DNA from: Verrucomicrobiia bacterium
GTDB lineage: Bacteria; Verrucomicrobiota; Verrucomicrobiia; Limisphaerales; UBA1319
Assembly (NCBI GenBank): GCA_963664225.1
Contig: OY760937.1
Span: 3,072,001-3,136,000, forward strand
Direction of reading: 5' to 3'
DNA: 64,000 bases
This document shows positions 1-8,862 of this stretch, in pieces (the stretch's first letter is position 1; each line of letters begins with the position of its first letter). The notes under the pieces are model-generated. The model was given only the letters and a program-made list of their open reading frames with translations. It was not told the DNA's origin and did not search any database. Position numbers and translations under genes: made by a program.

Positions 1-2
1 TC

Positions 3-1202
3 CAAAATGCGCGGGCCCTATATGGCATTCAACGAGCCGACCTGTTCCCCAAAGTTGAAGCCACTGGAAGAGGGAGCAAGCAGAGTCTGCCCGCCGATCT
101 GTCCAGTTCCGGCAGCCGGCAAACCGTGGAACGTTATGATGCCAATCTCGGTGTGGCCTCCTGGGAAATCGACTTCTTCGGACGCATCCGCAGCCTGAAG
201 GACAACGCACTGCAGCAATACTTGGCCACGGAACAGGCACGCCGCAGCGCGCAGATATTACTCGTGTCCGCAGTGGCCAACACCTACCTCACGCTGGCAG
301 CTGACCAGGAGAATCTCAAGCTGGCGCAGACCACCCTGGAGACTCAGCAGGGCGCGTATGACTTGATCAAGAAGCGCTATACTCTGGGCCTTCTGCCTGA
401 GCTGGATCTGTTCCGCGCGCAAACCCAGGTGGATGCCGCTCGCGGTGATGTCGCCCGCTTCACCCAGTTGGTGGCGCAGGATCAAAATGCCTTGAACCTC
501 CTGGCTGGGGCTCCAGTTCCGGGCGAACTGTTGCCCGCTGAGTTGGGCAAGGTCACGCCTCCGCGCGAAGTCAGTGCCGGCCTTTCCTCCGAAGTGCTTC
601 TGCGCCGACCGGATGTGCTTCAAGCGGAGGATTTGCTCAAGGCGGCGAATGCCAACATTGGCGCCGCACGCTCGGCGTTCTTCCCGCGCATTTCGTTGAC
701 TGCGGCCGTGGGCACCGCCAGCAGCGACCTTTCCGGCCTGTTCAAGTCCGGCTCGGGCACATGGAGCTATGCGCCGCAGATTGTGATGCCCATATTCGAT
801 GCGCGCGTCTGGGCCGCCCACAAGGCTGCGAAAGTGCAACAGGAAATCGCCGTGGCCCAGTACGAAAAAGCCATACAAGGGGCCTTCCGGGAGGTGGCCG
901 ATACCCTGGCCGTTCGCGGCACCGTGGGCCAGCAGGTCGAGGCGCAACAATCCCTGGTCAAAGCCGTGGGCGAAACCTTTCGGTTATCCACTTCGCGCTA
1001 TGACAAGGGGATTGATAGTTACCTGAGTGTTCTGGATGCGCAGCGGTCTTTGTATGCCGCGCAACAGGGTCTCGTTTATCTGCGCCTGGCGAATCTCGTC
1101 AACCATGTGCAGCTTTACGCCGTATTGGGCGGAGGTTGGAAGGCAGATGAGACAACGCAGGCCAGGGCCACCAGCACGGCAGCCGCCAATAAAAAGAAAT
1201 AA
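3..1202 (+). CDS. RND efflux outer-membrane factor (NodT/OprM family), 5'-truncated by window edge
   Basis: Frame is open from base 3 (QNARALYGIQRADLFP...). Contains WEIDFFGR, LLRRPDV, ARSAFFPRISL and LYAVLGGGW motifs typical of the OMF family. Confidence 0.93.
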   Translation, partial: QNARALYGIQRADLFPKVEATGRGSKQSLPADLSSSGSRQTVERYDANLGVASWEIDFFGRIRSLKDNALQQYLATEQARRSAQILLVSAVANTYLTLAADQENLKLAQTTLETQQGAYDLIKKRYTLGLLPELDLFRAQTQVDAARGDVARFTQLVAQDQNALNLLAGAPVPGELLPAELGKVTPPREVSAGLSSEVLLRRPDVLQAEDLLKAANANIGAARSAFFPRISLTAAVGTASSDLSGLFKSGSGTWSYAPQIVMPIFDARVWAAHKAAKVQQEIAVAQYEKAIQGAFREVADTLAVRGTVGQQVEAQQSLVKAVGETFRLSTSRYDKGIDSYLSVLDAQRSLYAAQQGLVYLRLANLVNHVQLYAVLGGGWKADETTQARATSTAAANKKK

Positions 1203-1423
1203 CCAGGGTGGCTTGACAAGAAGAGTCAAAGGCTGAACATCGATTCGCGCCGGAGCCAGGCAGTCAGAATGCCTTCCCCGGCGCGAATGTTTTTGTTTGA
1301 CGCCCTCAAGCCAATGAGGAGCCCTTCCCATTCATGCCACTGATTCTGATCTGAATCCGTAAAAGTGTGGCTTCCAAACCAGCGCTTGCGCGATGAAAAT
1401 GGCGGCCTAAAATTCCGGGGTCG

Positions 1424-4400
1424 ATGGAAAACCAATTCGAAATAAAAAGACCCGCGAAATTGCAGAAGTTCTTGCGGCGTTTTAGTCGGAAAGCGATTCA
1501 GAAGGGAGAATCGCTTTTTCAGAAGGGCCTTGTGGCCGGCCTGACTTGCGGCGAGCCGGACGGGGAATATTCCGCGGTCGTTCAAGACTCCAAATTCCAC
1601 CAGGTCGATTTGTTCCACGATGACCTGGATGGATGGGATGGGTTCTGCTCCTGCCGCGAGGGCGGGTTTTGCAGTCATGTCTATGCCACCGCGCTGATGT
1701 TGCTGGCGGAAAGCAGCGCCACAGCGGTGCAGACGCTCAGTGACGGCGCGAAGCCGGTCGTGGCCGTTGCGAAAAAATCAAAAGCGCCGCCTCGTCCGCC
1801 CAAGCCGCCTGAGTCGGTCCCTGAGGATCCCCTGATCAAAGCACTGGGTCGGCCCTTGAATGCTGCTGAGGCCGGTTACTTAAAAACCCTGGGCAAACTC
1901 TACAACGAGTGCCAGAAGATGCGTTCGATAAACCGATGGCATCTGGGCGAACTGGGATTGCATTTTCCGGGATATAGCTGGGATGCCTTGAAAATCTGGC
2001 CCTCGTTTCCAGAAACCATTCACCTCTTCTGGCTCTACATCGCCGAAGCCGCGCGCGAAGCTAATCAGCCCATCCCGGCCTTCATGGGTCCGGTCAGCGA
2101 TTTGACCCTGATCCAGGAATCCATGCGCCAATGGAAGCGCCAGCGGGAAATCGGGCATTGGAAGCATACCCTGGAGGAAAGCCACATGGCGCCTTCGATC
2201 CCGGTACGCGTCCAAGCTGAAGAATTGGATTTGCGGGTGCGGATGGCCGGAGACAATTGCACGCTCGAGTACAAGACTCCCGGCATGGAGCAGTTCAAAG
2301 CGGTCAACTCCAAACAGGCGAAACATTTCTGGGAGCGTTACGAATACGATTCCCTCCCGTTTCACCCCATTGCGGAGATCCTGTGGCAATTGATCGGACC
2401 CAGGGTCGTCTCAGGTTATGGAACCGAGTTCCACCACAAGGATCCCGCAGCCGCCAAAATCCTGGGCCGCATGCTGCGCAATCCCTTGCTGGCGGAACGA
2501 ATCGTAAACGAAGAAGGCCTGCCGTTCGTCCGGGAGGATGAACCATTGAAGTGGTCCCTGACACCTGCTGAAGACGAGACCGGAGATTACGGCCTGCATT
2601 TGACCCGCGCTGATGGCTCCACCCCGCCTCCCTTTTTGATGATCCTCGATGGATCGCCACCGCTCTACGTCGGCGGCAAGGCCATTTTCGTCGGGCCTCC
2701 GCCTCATCTGCAATCCCTCGATCCATATCGTGAAAACAAAATCCCGGCGCCCGCCCTCGAAACCGTGGCCGGGGTGCAATTCCTCGAGAAACTTCGCCTG
2801 GAGCCGCCTCCGCGCCTCCGGGAGCGCATCCAGCGGCTGTCCATGCGGGTCACCATTACGGCCGAGCTTAAATTGCCTTACCGGGAGGCGAGGCACGAGT
2901 TTTGTGTAATGGAAGTGACCGCTTCCTCTGCGGATGGAAACGTGCAGGAGAAATGGGGCGGTTATTCGTGGACCCACACCAAAAAGAGTCCGCCCGCTCA
3001 AAGCCCTGGTCACGATCCGGATACACTGGTATTTTACGACCGGTCCGCCCTTCATGAGATTCCCGCTTTATTGGAGCCGCTGCAATTGCAGTTTGACATG
3101 GGCTTCGGCAGACTGGGGGTCCGGGTGACCAGGAAATTTCCCGAGCTGTTCGCCGACTGGCTGCGGACAGTGCCCCGGCACATCGAACTGCACCTTTCGG
3201 GCGACTTGGCATCGCTGGCCAGGGATACGGTTTCCGGACGGGTCCGCCTGGAGGTCCAGGAGTCCGAGATCGACTGGTTCGATCTCCAGGTGGTCGTCGA
3301 TGTCTCGGACACGGAGTTGACCCCGGAGGAAATCAAGCTCCTGCTCAACGCCAGGGGGTCGTTTGTCCGGCTCGAAGGCAAGGGCTGGAGGCGGATGGAA
3401 TTCGCATTGACCGGGGAAGAGGATGAACGGCTGGCCCGGTTGGGACTGAACCCGCACGAGCTGACCGCCGAGCCTCAGAGAATGCACACCCTCCAACTGG
3501 CGGACGAAGCCGCCAGAAAATTTCTCCCCGCCGAACAAGCCGGGCACATTCAGCGGCGGGCCGAAGAAATCAAGGCGCGGGTCACGCCGCCGGTGCCCGC
3601 CGGATTGGTAGCCGAGCTGAGGCCATATCAAGTGGAGGGCTTTCATTTCCTGGCCTACCTGAGCGCCAACCATTTCGGAGGCATTCTGGCCGATGATATG
3701 GGCCTGGGTAAAACGCTCCAGGCGCTCGCATGGCTCCTGTGGCTGCGGGCCATGCCCGAAAATGTGGCGCGGCCTGTTTTGGTCGTCTGCCCCAAATCGG
3801 TGATGGACAACTGGAAGGCCGAGGCGCAGCGTTTCGCTCCGGGTTTGAGCGTAAAAACATGGCGCCCGGGCGAATTGGAACAATTGCCCAAACGCACCGC
3901 GGAAGCCGACATTCATGTCCTGAATTACAGCCAGTTGCGCCTGCTGGGGGAAACCTTGGTTCCCATCTCCTGGTGCGCGGTGATTTTGGATGAAGGGCAG
4001 TACATCAAGAACCCCGGCTCCCAGACAGCGCAAGTCGCCCGCGCCCTCCGCGCCAGCCACCGCCTGATCCTTTCTGGAACCCCCATCGAAAACCGCCTGA
4101 CCGATTTGTGGAGTTTGATGTCCTTTGCCATGCCCGGCATCCTCGGCAGCCGCCATTCGTTCGGAAAGGTGTTCGACGCCAAAAACGACCCGCTGGCGCG
4201 TCGGCGGCTCTCCGCGCGGGTGCGTCCGTTTCTCTTGCGCCGCACAAAATCCCAGGTGGCCAGGGACCTCCCTGACAGGATCGAGGAGGATTTGTTCTGC
4301 GAGATCGAAGGCGAGCAGCAAAGCCTCTACGCCGCCGAATTGAAGTTTGCCCGGCAATTGCTCCTGAAGACGAAAACGCAAAAACAACTGGCCAAAGAGC

Positions 4401-4993
4401 AGTTCAATTTCCTGGCCTCCCTGCTGCGCCTGCGACAGATCTGCTGCCATCCGGCGCTGGTCAAACCCGACTCCAAGGCCGAAAGCGCCAAGGTCAACGC
4501 CCTGTTGGAACAACTCGAACCTTTGATGGCGGAAGGCGAAAAAGTCCTTGTCTTCTCGCAGTTCGTGGGGCTGCTGGAATTGCTCAAACCAGTCCTCGAA
4601 AAGCAAGGCTGGCCCATTTATTACCTGACTGGCGCCACCGAAAACCGGGGTGAGTTGGTCAAAAACTTTCAATCCGCCGAGGGAGCCGCGATCTTTCTCA
4701 TTTCGTTAAAGGCGGGCGGATTTGGCCTGAACCTGACCGCCGCCAGCTACGTCGTTCTATTCGATCCTTGGTGGAACCCGGCGGTGGAAAACCAGGCCAT
4801 CGACCGCACCCATCGTATCGGTCAGGATACCAAAGTGATCGCCTACCGGCTGTTGATCAAGGGCAGCGTGGAAGAAAAGATTCGCGCTCTGCAGAGGAAG
4901 AAGTCCGCGATGGCTGAGGACGTCCTGGGAGAGGAAAAATTCGCGCAAAGCCTGACCATCGAGGATTTGCGGTTCCTATTTGAAGAAGAATAA
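1424..4993 (+). CDS. SWIM zinc-finger SNF2-family helicase-like ATPase
   Basis: N-terminal CSC...CSH SWIM motif; LADDMGLGKT, ILDEGQ, LSGTPIEN, FDPWWNP, QAIDRTHRIGQ SNF2 motifs. Confidence 0.95.
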   Translation: MENQFEIKRPAKLQKFLRRFSRKAIQKGESLFQKGLVAGLTCGEPDGEYSAVVQDSKFHQVDLFHDDLDGWDGFCSCREGGFCSHVYATALMLLAESSATAVQTLSDGAKPVVAVAKKSKAPPRPPKPPESVPEDPLIKALGRPLNAAEAGYLKTLGKLYNECQKMRSINRWHLGELGLHFPGYSWDALKIWPSFPETIHLFWLYIAEAAREANQPIPAFMGPVSDLTLIQESMRQWKRQREIGHWKHTLEESHMAPSIPVRVQAEELDLRVRMAGDNCTLEYKTPGMEQFKAVNSKQAKHFWERYEYDSLPFHPIAEILWQLIGPRVVSGYGTEFHHKDPAAAKILGRMLRNPLLAERIVNEEGLPFVREDEPLKWSLTPAEDETGDYGLHLTRADGSTPPPFLMILDGSPPLYVGGKAIFVGPPPHLQSLDPYRENKIPAPALETVAGVQFLEKLRLEPPPRLRERIQRLSMRVTITAELKLPYREARHEFCVMEVTASSADGNVQEKWGGYSWTHTKKSPPAQSPGHDPDTLVFYDRSALHEIPALLEPLQLQFDMGFGRLGVRVTRKFPELFADWLRTVPRHIELHLSGDLASLARDTVSGRVRLEVQESEIDWFDLQVVVDVSDTELTPEEIKLLLNARGSFVRLEGKGWRRMEFALTGEEDERLARLGLNPHELTAEPQRMHTLQLADEAARKFLPAEQAGHIQRRAEEIKARVTPPVPAGLVAELRPYQVEGFHFLAYLSANHFGGILADDMGLGKTLQALAWLLWLRAMPENVARPVLVVCPKSVMDNWKAEAQRFAPGLSVKTWRPGELEQLPKRTAEADIHVLNYSQLRLLGETLVPISWCAVILDEGQYIKNPGSQTAQVARALRASHRLILSGTPIENRLTDLWSLMSFAMPGILGSRHSFGKVFDAKNDPLARRRLSARVRPFLLRRTKSQVARDLPDRIEEDLFCEIEGEQQSLYAAELKFARQLLLKTKTQKQLAKEQFNFLASLLRLRQICCHPALVKPDSKAESAKVNALLEQLEPLMAEGEKVLVFSQFVGLLELLKPVLEKQGWPIYYLTGATENRGELVKNFQSAEGAAIFLISLKAGGFGLNLTAASYVVLFDPWWNPAVENQAIDRTHRIGQDTKVIAYRLLIKGSVEEKIRALQRKKSAMAEDVLGEEKFAQSLTIEDLRFLFEEE

Positions 4994-5173
4994 AAGTCCC
5001 CAATTGCCTTCAAACCGAACCGACAGGTCTCCGCATCACCCTGTGGTGAATGTTCCGGTCGATCGCATCAAGCCCATTTCATGGAATCCTCCCGTGCAGA
5101 AAATGGCCCAAAGCCTGTGGTGCAAGCCGTGGGCCAAAAATGGTGCCTTTGCTTTCTGACGATTCTGCAATCT

Positions 5174-6382
5174 CTACCGATTGACCAAATTGGCGAGGTT
5201 GAAGATGGGCAGGAACATGCAAATGACGATGCCGCCGACCACCACGCCCAGAAATACAATGAGCATGGGTTCAATCAGGGAGGTTAAACCCGAGAGAGTG
5301 GTTTCAATTTCCTCATCCAGGAAGTCAGCCACACGCTCGAGCATGGCGTCGATCTTGCCGGTTTGCTCGCCTGCAGTAAGCATCCGAATGATCATGGATG
5401 GAAAAATCGGGTGTTTTCCCAGCGCCACGGAAATGCCATCGCCTTTTTCGATGTCGTTGGCGGCGGTTTTGATCGCCTTTTCCATCATCACATTTCCGCA
5501 GGTGGCCGACACAATATCCATCACCTCGAGAATGGGCACACCGCTGCGCACCAGCGAGGAGAAGGTGCGTGTGAACCGCGCCAGGCAGATTTTGTGCGCG
5601 ATGGGGCCAAAAAGGGGCAGCTTGATGCGCAGGTTATCCCAAAACTCGCGTCCCTGCTTGGTCTTGATGAAAGCAAACCATCCATAAACGATCAGACCAA
5701 ACACTGGGAGCAAATATAGCAGATAGGATTGGAGCCAGTTACTCACAGCCACGAGCATCAACGTGGGACCCGGGAGTTTTGCATTGCCAAAGCTTTTGTA
5801 AATATCGGCAAAGACCGGTACCACCTTGACCAGCAGGAACACTGTGATGCTTATGGCAATCAGTGTGACCGCTATGGGATACATCAGCGAGGATTTGACC
5901 TTTTTGCGCAAGCGGGCCGTGGTTTCCAGATAAGTGGCCAGGCGCGCCAGAATCTCCGCCAATAAGCCGCCTTTTTCGCCCGCATCCACCATGCGGACAT
6001 AGAGTTTATTGAAAGTTTTAGGGTGTTTTTGAAGCGCTGCGGAGAAGCTATCGCCACCTTCCACCCGGCTGCAAACGTCCTTGATCACATCCCGCATCAC
6101 CTTGTTCGAGGTCTGTTCCGCCAGACCTTGAAGTGACTGAACCATGGCCAAACCGGCGTCGAGCATTGTGGCGAGCTGCCGGGTGAACACCACCAGGTCC
6201 GCCAGGGAAACGCTGCCACCGGCCGTTTTTCCCTGTCGCCCCTTCTTCTCCTGAATGTTCACCACCAGTAGATTACGATTGAGCAGCGTGGCAATCGCCG
6301 CCTGCTCCGATCCCGCATCGACAGTGCTCCGAAACTCCCGGCCCGAACCAGCTTCCCGAGCTACATAGGTATATGTCGGCAT
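5174..6382 (-). CDS. pilC: Type IV pilus/T2SS inner-membrane platform protein (PilC/GspF)
   Basis: FTRQLATMLDAG, AGEKGGLL, GEQTGKID, SLIEP motifs; two T2SSF repeats with TM segments. Confidence 0.93.
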   Translation of the reverse strand: MPTYTYVAREAGSGREFRSTVDAGSEQAAIATLLNRNLLVVNIQEKKGRQGKTAGGSVSLADLVVFTRQLATMLDAGLAMVQSLQGLAEQTSNKVMRDVIKDVCSRVEGGDSFSAALQKHPKTFNKLYVRMVDAGEKGGLLAEILARLATYLETTARLRKKVKSSLMYPIAVTLIAISITVFLLVKVVPVFADIYKSFGNAKLPGPTLMLVAVSNWLQSYLLYLLPVFGLIVYGWFAFIKTKQGREFWDNLRIKLPLFGPIAHKICLARFTRTFSSLVRSGVPILEVMDIVSATCGNVMMEKAIKTAANDIEKGDGISVALGKHPIFPSMIIRMLTAGEQTGKIDAMLERVADFLDEEIETTLSGLTSLIEPMLIVFLGVVVGGIVICMFLPIFNLANLVNR

Positions 6383-6397
6383 ATCGAACGCTTGAAT

Positions 6398-6413
6398 AGC
6401 AAATTACGGGCCA
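6398..6413 (-). promoter_or_regulatory. sigma54 (-24/-12) promoter of pilC
   Basis: Minus strand reads TGGCCCG-TAAT-TTGCT versus consensus TGGCACG-N4-TTGC(A/T); 15 nt separate it from the ATG. Confidence 0.75.
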
Positions 6414-6641
6414 GTCTTCAAGTCTATTTGCCCTGCGGACCGGTTCGAGCTGGAACCGGCCCCGGCCGCTCAAACTGAAAAAGGCTGCGCCAGATATCCC
6501 GCAGACCTCCAAAAAGCCCCTATTCACGCATGAATCGCCATCCATGCGTCGATCAGGGAATACCTTGAAAAAAGCTCCGATCCAGAACAACTATTGCGGT
6601 CTGGCGAGCACCAGACGCCCTTCCAATCCTTTGCCGTGATT

Positions 6642-6658
6642 TGTCTCACTGTGAGACA
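6642..6658. promoter_or_regulatory. Perfect palindrome TGTCTCAC-T-GTGAGACA, candidate enhancer (UAS)/operator
   Basis: 8-bp perfect inverted repeat ~230 bp upstream of the pilC sigma54 promoter. Confidence 0.45.
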
Positions 6659-6780
6659 CGGCTGCTTCTGTAGGAAGTTGGCGGATGGCAACCTGAGTGC
6701 GAAGATAAACGCATGTTCCGCTTGATGAACTTTTGGCGTTTATTCTCGGTGCCAGAGTTTACCGCGAGACAACATCGGCA

Positions 6781-7641
6781 TCACGGGATGCGTGCTGGAT
6801 GGTTGCATTCATTGAAACGGGTGCTTTGAATCGTCACCACCGCGCGATAGGCGGGTTTTAGAACGATGGCGTGGATGCCTCCGCCCAGTAAGCCGCCCAA
6901 AAATGGAGCCCCGATATACACGGTGAGCCACCCCCAGCCGTTCGTTGTGAACGGCACTGTTCCCCAGCCGGCGAAGCTCGAAAATACGCGTGGACCGAGT
7001 TCGCGCGCCGGATTGAAGCAGGCCATCGATAATGGACCAAACAGGCCAATCAGCAGCGTGATGGTCAGCCCGATAAGCGCTGGTGTAAGCTTCTGAGGCC
7101 TCTCCTGATTGGCTTTGTCCGTGAGGCCCCCAATGACGATCAAGAGCAGGGCCGTTCCAGTGCATTCGGCAAAAAACACTGCGGCGGGCGAGGTTTTTGC
7201 CCGCAGGGCATCGGTTAATGGCTGGCCGCCAGGATTGGGATAATATTCCCCGAAAAGCATGGCGGTGGCCTCGCCGCCGGGTTTGGCCCGCACAATGTCA
7301 TGGCTTTGCTCATAGGAGCGGATTGCCGCGCCAAAAAGGCAATACAACACCGCCGCCGCGACAAACGCGCCCAGCCATTGGGTGGCCATGTAGGGAAGTA
7401 AGAGACGTCGCGGAAAACGGTTCCATACCACCATGCTCAAGGTCACCGCCGGGTTCAGGTGCGCTCCGCTCAAGGCGCTGGTGAGATTGATGGCCAGCGC
7501 AATGCCCACCCCCCAGACCACGGCAACCTGGAAATTTCCGGCAAAGGCGGACATTGTCACACTGGCGCAGACGCTTCCACAGCCGAAAAACACGACCAGG
7601 AAGGTCCCGCAAAATTCTCCAATAAATCATCCTGGTAACAT
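6781..7641 (-). pseudogene. MIP/aquaglyceroporin with in-frame TGA at codon 5 (pseudogene, recoding or sequence error)
   Basis: AAGGA-N-ATG at 7641 reads MLPG*FIGEFCGTFLVVFFGCG in frame with ORF 7593..6781; SGAHLNPA and FNPARELGPR motifs. Confidence 0.75.
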
Positions 7642-7649
7642 GAATGTCC

Positions 7650-8783
7650 TTATGCTTGAGCTGTTAGTCGATGAGTGGGCTGGGGTTTTCCTGGCTTGAA
7701 ACATTCCAAGTGCCGCCATTGCGTCTTCAATCCAGGAAAGCGCTCCGCCACCTTTGCCACCGCGCTTTCAACAGCCGTTCGCATTGGGGCGGGGTCCAAT
7801 TCCGCGCGCAGATTGACAATGAGAGTCCCACCTGGCACCGGTTTATCCAGACGCCGGGCCAGCTCGGGTTCCAGGTTGCTTCCCACCAGGTTGATCATGG
7901 CCGGTCCGGAAGTCTCCGGCTCGGCCACGAAGGTCATTTTTAAGTGGGCGATTTCCGCTTTTTGACCGGCGAGTCGTTGCCGAACCTCGCAGGCCAGATC
8001 CAGCAACAAGGCGTTCGCATCGAAAGCCTGCAATGACCGGAACTGGATCTTTGCGTTGAACCAACCGAGCCGGGCTTCACCATCGGCGTAGATCTCGTAG
8101 TCCACCTCCATGAGCGGACGTGCCGTGTATGTGTCTTCAAGCAAATGCGCAAACCACTCTTCGAGGTTCTCACCGGTGCGGGAGGACACGGTCCAGATTC
8201 TGGCGTTTGGAAACCGGGCCTCCAATGCGCCGCATAATTCCGACTTGGTCCCAGGCGAGAGCAAGTCCGACTTGCTCACAACAATCAGGTCCGCCTCCTC
8301 GAGTTGCTTGAGATAGATGTAACGGATCTTTTCTGAGAAACCATCCCCGTTGCGCAAACCCAGGGCTTCAAAGGCGCGCATGGGATCGACCATGACGCTG
8401 ACCGGGGCGATGCGGTATTCCCTCGCATGCAAACGCCGTAGGGGATTGATCACCGTGGCCACGAGGTCCGTGCAACTGCCCACCGGTTCGGCCAGATAGA
8501 CTTCAGGTTGAATGTCCAGCTTTAGCCGGGCCGAAGCGGAAACCAGATCGTCAAAGCGACAGCAAAAACAGCCGCCGGAAATCTCCTCCGCGCGAAATCC
8601 GCCCGCGCGCAGCCATGTGGTGTCAACCAGTTCGCAGCCCTGGTCGTTGGTGACCATGCCCACCCGTAGGCCCTTCCGGGTCAGGAACGCGGCGAGGCGG
8701 GAAAGCGCGGTGGTCTTGCCAGCGCCCAAAAACCCGCCGATCATGAGGAACCGGGGCAGGGCGGGGTTGGTTATGGTGCTCAT
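7650..8783 (-). CDS. CobW/P47K (COG0523-like) metal-dependent GTPase
   Basis: GGFLGAGKTT P-loop, VTNDQG, GGCFCC metal motif, AEPVGSCTD, SKSD. Confidence 0.9.
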   Translation of the reverse strand: MSTITNPALPRFLMIGGFLGAGKTTALSRLAAFLTRKGLRVGMVTNDQGCELVDTTWLRAGGFRAEEISGGCFCCRFDDLVSASARLKLDIQPEVYLAEPVGSCTDLVATVINPLRRLHAREYRIAPVSVMVDPMRAFEALGLRNGDGFSEKIRYIYLKQLEEADLIVVSKSDLLSPGTKSELCGALEARFPNARIWTVSSRTGENLEEWFAHLLEDTYTARPLMEVDYEIYADGEARLGWFNAKIQFRSLQAFDANALLLDLACEVRQRLAGQKAEIAHLKMTFVAEPETSGPAMINLVGSNLEPELARRLDKPVPGGTLIVNLRAELDPAPMRTAVESAVAKVAERFPGLKTQWRHLECFKPGKPQPTHRLTAQA

Positions 8784-8820
8784 ATGCGCAATAATGCATA
8801 TATCGCGCCTTCAGAGACAA
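8782..8820 (-). promoter_or_regulatory. Putative leaderless promoter with overlapping palindromic operator
   Basis: TTGTCT-N18-CATTAT-N7-ATG; inverted repeat ATATGC-N8-GCATAT (8782-8801) covers the -10 and the start. Confidence 0.45.
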
Positions 8821-8862
8821 CTCTTTTTTCCGTCGAAGCGAATCCAAAATGACCCGATAAGA

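Noticed and set aside
7594..7629. Selenocysteine reading of the MIP UGA
   Set aside because: Only a weak 4-bp hairpin (GACC/GGTC) downstream, not a redox-motif position, and no sel genes in the window
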